From assembly GCA_963706025.1 (NCBI GenBank), contig CAVPLM010000014.1, positions 1 to 64,000 on the forward strand: a DNA stretch of 64,000 nucleotides. Reading direction: 5' to 3'. Of the stretch, positions 1-9,759 are shown piece after piece. The DNA comes from an uncultured Actinomycetes bacterium. Lineage in GTDB: Bacteria; Actinomycetota; Thermoleophilia; RBG-16-64-13. The notes under the pieces were generated by a model. It was given only the letters and a program-made list of their open reading frames with translations. It had not been told where the DNA came from and searched no databases. Each line of letters begins with the position of its first letter. Positions within the stretch are counted from its first letter, which is position 1. A program made the translations under genes and the position numbers.

Positions 1-971
1 TCATCCCGGGGTACGGGCTCCAGCTATTCACCAGCCCTGACGCCGCCGCGCAGGCTCTGAAGGCCGGCGATGTCGATGTCATCTTCCCCATCCCGTCGTC
101 GTTGGCGGAGAGTCTTAAGGCCGACCCCAAACTGGAGGTGCAGGGTACCAGCAAGATGCCCCTGATGTTCGGCCTCAACAACTCACCCAACTACAAGATA
201 CATCCCGAATTGACCGACGTGAGGCTGCGCGAGGCGATCGACATCGCCATCGATCGTGATCAGATAGTCAGCGACGTGTACCAGGGCTATGCTGTTCCTG
301 GCGGCTCGCTGATCTACCCGGAGTATACGCCCAAACACATGTCGGCCCCGCTCGCGCCGGTCACTCGGGATGTCGCTCGAGCCAACCAGATCCTCGACGA
401 GGCGGGCTACGCGAAGGGCTCCGATGGCATCCGGGTTGCCAATGGCCAGCCCATGGAGTACACGGTGGTTCTGTGGTCCGCGCGTTCAGGTGACCATCAG
501 CGGCTCTTCGGCGTCCTGAAGCAGAACCTGGCCGAGATCGGCATCTCCCTTGTCTCGGAGATGACCGATGACGCCTGGGGTGCGTTCATAGGCTACACTC
601 CCGGCGAGTTCCATTCGACCAAGGACGCCTGGCTTCTCTCATTCGTAGAGAACCCGGACCCGGACAGTGGCCTTGTGATGTTCACGAGCACGATGGCCGA
701 GTATGGCATAAGCCCGACGGGGACGGCCAATCCGGAGTATGACGAGCTCTACAAGCTCACCAAGAATCCCGACCCCACCGCGCGCATAGCTACGGTTGAC
801 GCTGCGGCCGCTTGGATACAGGACAACCACGCGGAGATCGCGCTGGTCTACTGGGACGTGCTCACCGCGTGGAACAAGCAGTGGCAGAACATCCCGGATA
901 TCGGGTGTCTGTTCACCACCATCTCGTACATTAGTAAGGATGCCTTCGTTCGAGTCGCTGTTCAAGAGTAG
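1..971 (+). CDS. Peptide/nickel ABC transporter substrate-binding protein (SBP family 5), 5' partial
   Basis: Frame is open from base 3 (IPGYGLQLFTSPDAAAQALKAGDVD...). SBP_bac_5 motifs LTDVRLREAIDIAIDRD and ARANQILDEAGY. Leads a permease/ATPase operon. Confidence 0.9.
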   Translation, partial: IPGYGLQLFTSPDAAAQALKAGDVDVIFPIPSSLAESLKADPKLEVQGTSKMPLMFGLNNSPNYKIHPELTDVRLREAIDIAIDRDQIVSDVYQGYAVPGGSLIYPEYTPKHMSAPLAPVTRDVARANQILDEAGYAKGSDGIRVANGQPMEYTVVLWSARSGDHQRLFGVLKQNLAEIGISLVSEMTDDAWGAFIGYTPGEFHSTKDAWLLSFVENPDPDSGLVMFTSTMAEYGISPTGTANPEYDELYKLTKNPDPTARIATVDAAAAWIQDNHAEIALVYWDVLTAWNKQWQNIPDIGCLFTTISYISKDAFVRVAVQE

Positions 972-996
972 TTGAGAACGAGAACGCGCTCTCGAA

Positions 997-1039
997 TCAG
1001 CAGGAGGCGCGCCCGGTCCTAGGGCGCGCCTCCTGCTGA
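997..1039. terminator. Perfect 18-bp stem-loop after the SBP gene (mRNA stabiliser or partial terminator)
   Basis: tcagcaggaggcgcgccc-ggtccta-gggcgcgcctcctgctga, with no clear U-tract. Hairpins commonly sit after the SBP gene in ABC operons. Confidence 0.65.
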
Positions 1040-1255
1040 ACGCCCTTGACATCGCCGAGAAGCGCTGCCGAACGCGATGACACAGGACCGTCCGGGGGTG
1101 AAGAAAGGCCTGTTTGCCCGCCGGCCAGAGCACTAGTACAGTTAGGACCACCGCGAGATCATTCGCGACGGCAGGGCCGGAGGAGAGACCATGAGGGGCC
1201 ACCGTACTGACTGCGGCCTGGTAGTCTGCAGGCTGCATCGCGACCCGGTCACAGA

Positions 1256-2221
1256 GTGAGTAGACGCCAGAGATTCATCTTGCGTCGCGGCGGTAGCGCG
1301 TTGGTGATCGCCTTTCTAGCGATCAGCTTCAGCTTCGTGCTCTTCCGCGCGCTACCCGGCGACGCGGTGACGAACATCAGCCGGGTGCCGAACATGCCCC
1401 CGGAGGCACGCGAGGCGATACGTGCCGAGTTCGGCCTCGACAAGCCATTGTCGACCCAGTACGTGCTCTACCTGAAGGAGCTGGTGCAGGGCAACCTCGG
1501 CCTAAGCTTCCAGACGCGGCAGCCGGTGCTCGGGGAGGTCCTGGAAAGGGTGCGCAACACCATCCCCATGGTCGGCGTAGGCGCCGTGGTGGCGATCCTC
1601 GTCGGTACCCTGATCGGTGTCAGCGCCGCCTATCGCCAGGGCACGGTGCGCGACCGTGCCATCACCGGCACCGCCATGGTTCTCTACGCGCTGCCGGTGC
1701 AGTGGCTCGCGATTCTCCTGTTGGTCGCGTTCGCCGGGGTGCTGCCGACCAGCGGGATGAGCGATCCCTACCTGGTCGACCCCAGTTTCTGGACGGTGCT
1801 GCTCGACCGTCTCAGGCACATGGTGCTGCCTTCAGCCGTCGTGACGCTGGTGATATTCGGCTCCTTCGCCCTGGTGGTACGCTCCTCGCAGCTGGAGGCT
1901 CTGGGCGAGGATCACGTGCTGACGGCGCGCGCCAAAGGCTACGGCAACCGGCGCGTCATCTGGCGCGAGTCCTTCCGCTCGGCGTTGCTGCCGCTTGTCA
2001 CCCTCTCCACCCTGACCCTCGGCTGGGTGATCGCCGGCGGTATCCTGGTCGAGACGGTCTTCAGCTGGCCCGGCGTAGGGCTCGCCACCGTGCAGGCGGT
2101 CGGCGGCCGCGACTATCCGATGCTGCAGGGCATCTTCCTGTTCATCACCCTCTCGGTTGTCGCTTTCAACTTCCTCGGCGATGTCCTGCACGCGGTGCTC
2201 GATCCGCGGGTGGTCGAATGA
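1256..2221 (+). CDS. Peptide ABC transporter permease (DppB/OppB type)
   Basis: LPGD...FGLDKPL..QY N-terminus, EAA loop TARAKG, VETVFSWPGVG, RDYPMLQG. Confidence 0.93.
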   Translation: MSRRQRFILRRGGSALVIAFLAISFSFVLFRALPGDAVTNISRVPNMPPEAREAIRAEFGLDKPLSTQYVLYLKELVQGNLGLSFQTRQPVLGEVLERVRNTIPMVGVGAVVAILVGTLIGVSAAYRQGTVRDRAITGTAMVLYALPVQWLAILLLVAFAGVLPTSGMSDPYLVDPSFWTVLLDRLRHMVLPSAVVTLVIFGSFALVVRSSQLEALGEDHVLTARAKGYGNRRVIWRESFRSALLPLVTLSTLTLGWVIAGGILVETVFSWPGVGLATVQAVGGRDYPMLQGIFLFITLSVVAFNFLGDVLHAVLDPRVVE

Positions 2222-3105
2222 GGCTTCTTCGCCGGTTGGCGCACCGCCCGACGATCATCGCCGGGATCGTCATCGTACTCGCCTTCACGCTGGTCGCCAT
2301 CTTCGCGCCGCTGCTCGAGCCCTATCCGACCGACAGGCCCAGTGGGGAGCCCTTCGAGCCGCCCTCGTCGGCTCATTGGCTCGGCACCGACGATGTCGGT
2401 GTCGACATGCTCTCTCTGACCATCGCCGGCACCCAGAACTCGATGCTGGTCGGTTTTGCCGCCGCCTTCGTGGCGATCTTGGTCGGGGGTACCGTGGGCA
2501 TCATCGCAGGCTACCGCGGCGGCTGGAGCGAGACCGGCGTGGTGGGCGTGACCGACTTCTTCCTGGTCATCCCCGGCCTGCCACTGATGATCGTCCTGGC
2601 GGCCATCTTCGGACAGTCGATTTACCACATCGTAGTCGTCATTGGCCTGCTGTCCTGGATGAGTGTCAGCTACGTGGTGCGCGCGCAGGTACATACCCTC
2701 AAGGTGCGCGGCTTCGTGGCCCGGTCGCGTTCTCTGGGAGCCAGCGATAGCTACATCATCCGCCGCCACATCCTGCCCCACGTTGCGCCGCTGCTGGTGG
2801 CTCAGACGGTGCTGGCCGTTGCGATCGCCGTGTTCTTCGAGGCGGCCTTGGCGTTCGTCGGTCTCGGTGACCTGGAGCGGATCTCGTGGGGCACCATCCT
2901 TCAGCAAGCGTTCCAACATACTGCTGTCTCGGCCGGTGCGTGGTGGGCGATTGTGCCGCCCGGAGTCTGCATCGCGCTCGTAGTGCTTGGCTGCTTCCTG
3001 GTCGGCCAGGGAGTGGAAGAAGCGATGAACCCGCGTCTTGGGCACGCCCATGTCGCGCCGCGCTCGTTCGCTCGGCGCTCCACCTGGGTGGAGGAGGAGC
3101 GGTGA
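2218..3105 (+). CDS. Peptide ABC transporter permease (DppC/OppC type)
   Basis: ATG overlaps the upstream stop (ATGA). Motifs PPS..HWLGTD..G.D, RSLGAS..YIIRRHILP and SWG.IL. The ORF-track start at 1702 is too long. Confidence 0.92.
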   Translation: MRLLRRLAHRPTIIAGIVIVLAFTLVAIFAPLLEPYPTDRPSGEPFEPPSSAHWLGTDDVGVDMLSLTIAGTQNSMLVGFAAAFVAILVGGTVGIIAGYRGGWSETGVVGVTDFFLVIPGLPLMIVLAAIFGQSIYHIVVVIGLLSWMSVSYVVRAQVHTLKVRGFVARSRSLGASDSYIIRRHILPHVAPLLVAQTVLAVAIAVFFEAALAFVGLGDLERISWGTILQQAFQHTAVSAGAWWAIVPPGVCIALVVLGCFLVGQGVEEAMNPRLGHAHVAPRSFARRSTWVEEER

Positions 3106-4058
3106 GCATCCTCGAGCTTTCCGACCTGCACGTCTGGTTCGATGCCCCCGACGGGCGCTCGGCTCACGCCGTGCGTGGCGTCGATCTCTCGGTCCGTGAA
3201 GGGGAGCGGGTCGGGGTGCTCGGCGAGTCGGGCTGTGGCAAGACGACGCTGATTCTGGCCGCGATGGGTCTGCTGCCCTCCTTCGCGACCGTGGGAGGGC
3301 GGGTGTGCCTCGACGGTATCGATGTGCTTGCCGACGGCGAAAAGAGTGCCCGCACGGTGCGCTGGACGCATGCTGCCATGGTCTTCCAGGGCGCCATGAG
3401 CGCGCTGAACCCGGTCCACCGGGTGGGCAAGCAGATCGCCGACCCAATGGTCTTCCACAAGCAGCGCTCGCGGTCCGAGGCACGGGCGCGCACCCTGGAG
3501 TTGCTGGAGCTGGTCGGCCTGCCCGCGAGCGTCGCGCGCCGCTACCCGCACGAACTCTCGGGCGGGATGCGCCAGCGTGCCGTAATCGCCATGGCTGTCG
3601 CGTGCGACCCCAAGGTGCTGTTCGCCGACGAGCCGACGACCGCCCTCGATGTGGTCGTGCAGGCACAGATCGGCGATCTGCTGTGCGAGCTCGCCGAGCG
3701 CCTCGGCTTGGCGCTGGTGCTGGTCACCCACGACATCGGCATGATCGCCGAGAACAGCGAGCGCGCCGTCGTCATGTATGCCGGAGTGGTGGTCGAGGAC
3801 GGCCCCACCTACGACGTACTGACGGCTCCCCGTCACCCCTACACGCAGCTGCTCCTGGAGGCTACCCCGGTGGTCAACCGCGACCGCCCGTTGGTCTCCA
3901 TCCCGGGTGCCCCGCCACGCCTCGATGAGCCGATCAGCGGCTGCGCCTTCGCGCCCCGCTGTCCGTACTCTTCTAGGACCTGCGGCACACGTCCACCGCT
4001 GGAGGGCGCCGGCCATGTCGTCGCCTGCCATGCTGCCGCCCAGGGGAGGCTGGCATGA
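3102..4058 (+). CDS. Peptide ABC transporter ATP-binding protein (DppD/OppD type)
   Basis: GTG after GGAGGAG, overlapping the upstream stop. Walker A GESGCGKT, YPHELSGGMRQR, ADEPTTALD, C-terminal HPYT...C.FAPRC. Confidence 0.93.
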   Translation: MSILELSDLHVWFDAPDGRSAHAVRGVDLSVREGERVGVLGESGCGKTTLILAAMGLLPSFATVGGRVCLDGIDVLADGEKSARTVRWTHAAMVFQGAMSALNPVHRVGKQIADPMVFHKQRSRSEARARTLELLELVGLPASVARRYPHELSGGMRQRAVIAMAVACDPKVLFADEPTTALDVVVQAQIGDLLCELAERLGLALVLVTHDIGMIAENSERAVVMYAGVVVEDGPTYDVLTAPRHPYTQLLLEATPVVNRDRPLVSIPGAPPRLDEPISGCAFAPRCPYSSRTCGTRPPLEGAGHVVACHAAAQGRLA

Positions 4059-5122
4059 ACGGCGCCGCCATGGGCACTGCCTCCATAGGCACCGCCCCCG
4101 TGAGCGCTACCCCTGCCGCCGAGCATCTGCTCGAGGTGCGCGACCTTTCCGTGCATTTTGTCCTCAGGCGCTCCTTCTCCGATCGCCTGAAACGGCGCTC
4201 TGGGCGGATCGCCCGCGCTGTCGACGGCGTCAGCCTCAGCGTCGATGCCGGCGAGCTGCTCGCCCTGGTCGGCGAGTCGGGCTCCGGCAAGACGACCCTT
4301 GCTCTGGCAGCGCTGCGTCTGCTCGACCCTACCGCCGGTACCGTGCTGCTCCAGGGCAGCGACGTCACCCGTCTGCCACGCGGCGCGCTGCGCTCCTTGC
4401 GCCGCCGCGCACAACTCATCCACCAGGACCCGTACGCCGCGCTGGACCCGCGCTTGCGGAGCCGGGAGATCGTGGCGGAAGGCTTGCGCATTCATGGCTT
4501 AACGGCCTCGAAGGAGGACGAACGTGCGCAGGTCTATGCCTCCTTGACCAAGGTCGGCCTCACCCCGCCCGAGAGCTTCGCCGAGCGCTACCCACACCAG
4601 CTCTCCGGCGGTCAGCGCCAGCGGGTGGCGATCGCCGGCAGCCTGGTGCTTTCGCCATCCTTGCTGGTGGCCGACGAGCCGGTCTCCATGCTCGACGTCT
4701 CGGTGCGCGCCGGCGTCCTCGAGTTGCTGGACAAGCTACGCCGCGAGGAGGGACTCGGTATCCTGATGATCACCCACGACCTGGCGACGGCAGCGCACGT
4801 CGCCGACCGCGTAGCGGTGATGTATCACGGTATGCTCGTCGAGTTGGGCCCGGCGCGCAGCGTCATCGATGCTCCTCAGCACCCCTACACGCAGGCCCTG
4901 ATCGCTGCGGTGCCGCGCGTCCACCGCGAAGAGGCGCGCAAACGCACCCTCCCGGGCGAGCCGCCCGATGCCTCGCAGGTGCCGCCGGGCTGCCGCTTCC
5001 ACCCGCGCTGCCCGATCGCAATGGAGCGCTGCCGGGAGGAGGTGCCGCAGCTTCTTCCGGGAATCACCTCCGGCGAGCAGATCTTGGTCGCCTGTCATCT
5101 GCGAAGCGCATCGAAAGCGTAG
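4055..5122 (+). CDS. Peptide ABC transporter ATP-binding protein (DppF/OppF type)
   Basis: GESGSGKT, YPHQLSGGQRQR, ADEPVSMLD, CRFHPRCP. Confidence 0.93.
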   Translation: MNGAAMGTASIGTAPVSATPAAEHLLEVRDLSVHFVLRRSFSDRLKRRSGRIARAVDGVSLSVDAGELLALVGESGSGKTTLALAALRLLDPTAGTVLLQGSDVTRLPRGALRSLRRRAQLIHQDPYAALDPRLRSREIVAEGLRIHGLTASKEDERAQVYASLTKVGLTPPESFAERYPHQLSGGQRQRVAIAGSLVLSPSLLVADEPVSMLDVSVRAGVLELLDKLRREEGLGILMITHDLATAAHVADRVAVMYHGMLVELGPARSVIDAPQHPYTQALIAAVPRVHREEARKRTLPGEPPDASQVPPGCRFHPRCPIAMERCREEVPQLLPGITSGEQILVACHLRSASKA

Positions 5123-5158
5123 CGCTCCTGGGAGCTCCTGCAACCGTTACTCTCCGAA

Positions 5159-5179
5159 AATCACCCATCTCGGGTGATT
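5159..5179. promoter_or_regulatory. Palindromic operator AATCACCC-N5-GGGTGATT, candidate site for the MalT-like regulator
   Basis: Perfect 8-bp inverted repeat just upstream of the C45-aminotransferase-AOR operon. Assignment to the regulator is inference. Confidence 0.55.
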
Positions 5180-5355
5180 GGAATAAGCCGCTGAACAGTG
5201 TTGTATGAAAGGAGAGATCATGCTGAGCCGTTGCCGCGCGATGCCAGCAGCGCGAGGCTTCGCGGTCAACGGCCCGCCCAGCGGAGTCAAGCGGGCGGCG
5301 CCCTCAGACAAGGAGGCGGTTGTCAAAGCGGCCTTGGGGATGGAGAACGATCATC

Positions 5356-6510
5356 ATGGGTGAAACGAGCAGCAAGCGAGAGTACGTGTGCGTCGAAGGC
5401 TCTCCGGTCAACAGGGGATTGATCTATGGGGAGACCCTGCGGACCGAGATCCGAGAGCTGATCGAGCTTTGGAAACAGAACCTCGAGCGAAACACCGGGA
5501 TGCCGGCGGAGGACTTTATCACGAAGTTCCTCGATCACACCGGATACCTACCTGCGATCCAACGGTTCACCCCCGGGTTGCTGGAAGAAGTCAGGGGGAT
5601 CGCGAAGGGCTCCGGCAATAGTCTCGACACGATCTTCGCCTTCCAACTGCTGGACGAACTGATCCTGAACGCAGGCGACGTGGCCGGCCACTGCAGCAGC
5701 ATCGGTGTGGATAGGACAGAGACAAAGCCCGCCTTACTCGGTCAGAACTGGGATATTGAGGGTTTTGTACACGGGTTCCAGACTGTGCTGCATGTCAAAG
5801 AAGAAGGCTCGGACATCGAGTCTCTCGTGTTCACTTACGCCGGCATGATCGCTGCCTTCGGTGTCAACAATAGGGGCATCGGTGTCTGTCTCAACAGCCT
5901 GCCGATACTGCGCTATGCGCAGACCGGGCTGCCGGTGGCATACGTTATCCGCGGCATTCTGGCAAATCCAACGATCGACGGCGCGTTGGACTTCGTGAGA
6001 ACGATCGACCATGCCTCGCCCCAGAACTATTTGATCGGGGACTCCGAGAGGATAGTTGACCTAGAGTGCTCCTCGGGAAAAGTCGTCCAGTTCTCCGTCG
6101 CGGGCAATCCGGGTGTGGTCTTCCATACGAATCATCCCCTGGTGAACGACGACTACAGTTCCAAGTACACCGCACTTCTCAGAGACCGCGAACGAGGCGA
6201 GAGGACGGATGAGTCCTATCACGCTGCCGTGGGATTCATGGAACAGAATTCCGGCACACGCTTCTTGACCCTCGAGAAAGAGCTGGGCGCTCTTCCGGCC
6301 GAAGAGATCACGGTCGACAGGATCAAGTCCATCCTGGCTTCGCACGACTCGTCCGACCATCCGATCTGCATGGATCTGGGGGACGAGACCAAGCTCACTT
6401 CCATAGTGTCGACGGTGATCGAACTGTCTGGCGATCCCCAGTTCCACGTGGCGTTTGGACCGCCCGATGTCACACCGTACATGACATACACATTCTCGGA
6501 TACTCGGTAG
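5356..6510 (+). CDS. C45 family autoproteolytic Ntn-hydrolase/acyltransferase (AAT/Tan-like amidase)
   Basis: EEVRGIAKGS, processing site GH/CSSIG with Cys nucleophile, LGQNWD, GVNN.GI, HTNH. Confidence 0.85.
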   Translation: MGETSSKREYVCVEGSPVNRGLIYGETLRTEIRELIELWKQNLERNTGMPAEDFITKFLDHTGYLPAIQRFTPGLLEEVRGIAKGSGNSLDTIFAFQLLDELILNAGDVAGHCSSIGVDRTETKPALLGQNWDIEGFVHGFQTVLHVKEEGSDIESLVFTYAGMIAAFGVNNRGIGVCLNSLPILRYAQTGLPVAYVIRGILANPTIDGALDFVRTIDHASPQNYLIGDSERIVDLECSSGKVVQFSVAGNPGVVFHTNHPLVNDDYSSKYTALLRDRERGERTDESYHAAVGFMEQNSGTRFLTLEKELGALPAEEITVDRIKSILASHDSSDHPICMDLGDETKLTSIVSTVIELSGDPQFHVAFGPPDVTPYMTYTFSDTR

Positions 6511-6540
6511 ACGAGCGAAGGTCAGAAAAGGGCGGCCGTC

Positions 6541-7881
6541 ATGCTTCTTGAGGACTACATCGATCAGTACACGTCGAGAACGAAGAAGTCTGAAGCGATC
6601 TGGAACGAAGCCAAGATGGTGCTACCCGGCGGCGTTGCAGGAAATGCGGGGTTTCTAGCACCCCGCCCTATCTATTTGAGAAGGGCGAAGGGCGGGAAGC
6701 TCTACGACGTCGATGGAAATGAATACATAGATCTGATGCTGAGCGGGTTCGCGAACATTCTCGGGCACAGCCCCGATGCGGTCGTCGCTGCTGTGAAGAG
6801 ACAGCTCGAGCTTGGGACCTCCTACATTCTGTTCAATGAAACGGGACTCAAGCTCGCGAAGATGATTCAGAAGCATCAGCCGCACGTCGAGATGATCCGC
6901 TTTGCCAACACAGGTTCAGAGGCGACGATGTTCGCCCTGCGAGTGGCAAGATCCTTCACGAAGAAAGACAAGATAGCCAAACCTGAAGGCGGCTACAACG
7001 GCCAGCACGACTACGCGCTCGTAAGCGGCAGCACCGGTATTGCAGGCTCGGCCAGCAGGCCGGAGGGATGTTCGGGAAGCGCGGGGATCCCGCGCTATAT
7101 CCCGGAGCAAACCGTCGTATTTCCCTGGAACGATACTGAGGCCACCGTCTCTATCATCGAAGAGAATGCCGGTGAACTGGCCGCCGTGATACTGGAACCC
7201 CTTCCCGGTTTTGGTATGGGGACCATAAGCCCTGGGAAGGGCTACTTGGAGGCGATCCGGGAGGTAACTGCCAAGCACGGCATCCTATTGATCTTCGACG
7301 AGGTCGCGACCGGCTTCAGGGTTGGTGGCATGGTCGGATCGGCGCGCTATTTCGGTGTGACGCCGGACCTGTCCTGTTACGGCAAAGTCATTGGTGGTGG
7401 ATTCCCCGTAGGAGCCTTCGGCGGTAGGAAAGACATCATGGAAACGACCCTCGGTCCGAACGCCAAGCCCGAGGACAGGGTATTCCAATCCGGGACCTTC
7501 ACCGGCAATCCGATCACCATGGCCGCAGGTCTTGCTTGTCTGGAAGAGCTCGAGGCCAGCGATTATGCGCATATCGATAGACTGGCCGAGAGGATCAAGA
7601 ATGGCCTCACGACCATTGCGGCGGAGAAGGGCTATCCGATACAGGTTACCGGTGAGGGGTCCATCTTCTACCCTCACTTCAATGACAGCCCGGTCAGAAC
7701 CATGCGGGACAAACTGAAGGACAACACCACCAGGAATAGGTTGTTCTCCATGGGTCTGATAGCGCACGGTATCTACGCGCCTCCCAATCACGCACTTGCG
7801 ACCTGTTTTGCCCATACAGACGCGGACGTCGACTACATCTTGGAAGTCAGCGAGGAAGTCATGGGAGCCATGCAGGAGTAG
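6541..7881 (+). CDS. Class III PLP aminotransferase, glutamate-1-semialdehyde aminomutase-like (probably not true HemL)
   Basis: LPGGV, YDVDGNEYID, FANTGSEA, LIFDEVATGFR, PLP lysine in GKVIGGG, SGTFTGNP. Has YNGQHD where HemL has YHGH. Confidence 0.85.
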   Translation: MLLEDYIDQYTSRTKKSEAIWNEAKMVLPGGVAGNAGFLAPRPIYLRRAKGGKLYDVDGNEYIDLMLSGFANILGHSPDAVVAAVKRQLELGTSYILFNETGLKLAKMIQKHQPHVEMIRFANTGSEATMFALRVARSFTKKDKIAKPEGGYNGQHDYALVSGSTGIAGSASRPEGCSGSAGIPRYIPEQTVVFPWNDTEATVSIIEENAGELAAVILEPLPGFGMGTISPGKGYLEAIREVTAKHGILLIFDEVATGFRVGGMVGSARYFGVTPDLSCYGKVIGGGFPVGAFGGRKDIMETTLGPNAKPEDRVFQSGTFTGNPITMAAGLACLEELEASDYAHIDRLAERIKNGLTTIAAEKGYPIQVTGEGSIFYPHFNDSPVRTMRDKLKDNTTRNRLFSMGLIAHGIYAPPNHALATCFAHTDADVDYILEVSEEVMGAMQE

Positions 7882-7886
7882 ATGTG

Positions 7887-9755
7887 ATGCTCGGCTACAT
7901 GAACAGACTGCTACACGTGGACCTGTCTCGCATGTCTTTTGAAACCTGTGAGCTGGACCAGGACGATGCCCGGGACTACATCGGAGGCAGCGGGCTCGCG
8001 GCAAAGATCCTGTACGACGAGACGGATGGTGGCACTGATCCGCTTGGACCTGAGAACGTGATCATCTTCATGACCGGTCCGTATACCGGTACCCGAGCAT
8101 TGTCATCATCGAGGCATGTAGTGGTCGCCAAGTCGCCGCTGACCGGTCTTTTCGGGGAGGCGAACTCCGGGGGATCCTGGGCAGAAGAACTCAAGAAGAG
8201 CGGCTTTGATGGCATAACCGTTGAGGGTATGGCTTCCAAGCCCGTGTATCTCTGGATCCACAACGGCGAGGTAGAGCTCAGACCGGCGGAGCATATCTGG
8301 GGCAAGGACACCTTCACCACGGATGCCATCGTGAAATCCGAGACCAGCAGACAAGCGGTAGTGGCATGCATCGGGCCGGCCGGAGAGAAGCTGATACCGT
8401 TCTCAGTGATACTGAACGACGGTGTCCATGCCCGAACAGCCTCCAGGTGCGGCCTGGGTGCGGTCATGGGTTCCAAGTACTTGAAAGCCGTGGCCGTTGC
8501 CGGTGATCTCGATTTTCCGATATACGACCCCGAGAGTCTGAAGCGATCGATCAGGGGCGTTGCGAAGGAGGTAATGACCAGGTCGGTCGGTCTGAGACTG
8601 TTCGGAACAGCTGGGGGTCTGGTCGGATCCGAGGCCCGGGGAGGACTTCCCCTGAAGAACTGGGGATACTCGGGAAGGTGGGAAGAAGGCGCCGCCAAGA
8701 TCACAGGAGCGACCATACTCGAGGCCTACAAGACCGACGACTACCGCTGCAGACGGTGCATGATAAGGTGCGGCAAGAACGTGAGGCTGCCAGAAGGCGC
8801 AGGTGTGGGGGAGGAGCAGGCTGTTCCTGAATACGAATCGCTGGCACTCCTAGGAAGCAATTGCCTCATTGATGATCCAGTGGCTCTGATCAGAGCAAAC
8901 GACCTGTGCAATCGCTACGGCCTGGACACCATGACTACCGGTGGTGTCATTGCCTTTGGCATGGAGGCCTTCGAAAGGGGCTTGATATCTCCGCAGGATA
9001 CGGACGGTATCGACCTCTGCTGGGGGAATGCGGAGGCCCTGATCCAGACGATCCACAAGATCGGTCAGCAGTCGGGGATCGGCAGGCTTCTCGGCCTCGG
9101 CACCCGCGGCGCTGCCGCAGAACTGGGGCAGAACGCGGAGGAGTTCGCCATACACGTGAAAGGGCTGGAATTCCCGGCGCACGACCCAAGGGCGTACAAC
9201 GCCGGGGGAGTGAATCTGGCTACATCAAACATCGGAGCCAGCCACCAGTGTGGGTTCTCCCATGCTTTCGAGAGAGATCTCTCGGCGCCCGAGATCGGTA
9301 TCCCCAGCCCTACCGATCCATTTGAGATCGAAGGGAAAGGGGTCCTCGCTGCCAAGTCGCAGAACTACATGGGCATGATCGACTCTCTGATCACCTGCAA
9401 ATTCGTCATGTACGGGGGGATAGGGATCTCCACAATGATCGAGTGGTATCGGCAGATCACAGGCAGGGCCATGGACGTAGACGAATTCATGAAGGCCGGG
9501 GAGAGAATCTTCAACACGAAGCGAATCTACAATGTCGATTGTGGGGTAAGCCGCAAGGACGACACTCTGCCTCAACGCATCCTGACGCTGCCGAAAAGCG
9601 GTGACGGGCATAGCCCCAATCTGCCGCATCTGGGAAGGATGCTGCATGAGTACTACCAATACAGGGGCTGGTCGGAAGACGGCATTCCCACTCGGGAGAA
9701 ACTGGATGACCTGGGAATCTCAGGGAAGGAATGCAGGCAGGGATCATTCCGATAG
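7887..9755 (+). CDS. aor: Tungsten-dependent aldehyde:ferredoxin oxidoreductase family protein
   Basis: YIGGSGL, KSPLTG, IGPAGEK, R.GLGAVMGSK.LKA, CxxCxxxC Fe-S motif, EYES, CNRYGLDT, HDPR, DDTLP.R, EYY..RGW..DG.PT. Confidence 0.92.
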   Translation: MLGYMNRLLHVDLSRMSFETCELDQDDARDYIGGSGLAAKILYDETDGGTDPLGPENVIIFMTGPYTGTRALSSSRHVVVAKSPLTGLFGEANSGGSWAEELKKSGFDGITVEGMASKPVYLWIHNGEVELRPAEHIWGKDTFTTDAIVKSETSRQAVVACIGPAGEKLIPFSVILNDGVHARTASRCGLGAVMGSKYLKAVAVAGDLDFPIYDPESLKRSIRGVAKEVMTRSVGLRLFGTAGGLVGSEARGGLPLKNWGYSGRWEEGAAKITGATILEAYKTDDYRCRRCMIRCGKNVRLPEGAGVGEEQAVPEYESLALLGSNCLIDDPVALIRANDLCNRYGLDTMTTGGVIAFGMEAFERGLISPQDTDGIDLCWGNAEALIQTIHKIGQQSGIGRLLGLGTRGAAAELGQNAEEFAIHVKGLEFPAHDPRAYNAGGVNLATSNIGASHQCGFSHAFERDLSAPEIGIPSPTDPFEIEGKGVLAAKSQNYMGMIDSLITCKFVMYGGIGISTMIEWYRQITGRAMDVDEFMKAGERIFNTKRIYNVDCGVSRKDDTLPQRILTLPKSGDGHSPNLPHLGRMLHEYYQYRGWSEDGIPTREKLDDLGISGKECRQGSFR

Positions 9756-9759
9756 TGAC

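Noticed and set aside
2113-3666. Many long antisense or alternate-frame ORFs, with this one as an example
   Set aside because: Arg/Pro/Gly-rich, no recognisable motifs, and they shadow well-supported genes.
6541-7881. Calling the aminotransferase hemL
   Set aside because: YNGQHD instead of YHGH, no tetrapyrrole genes nearby, and a catabolic context.
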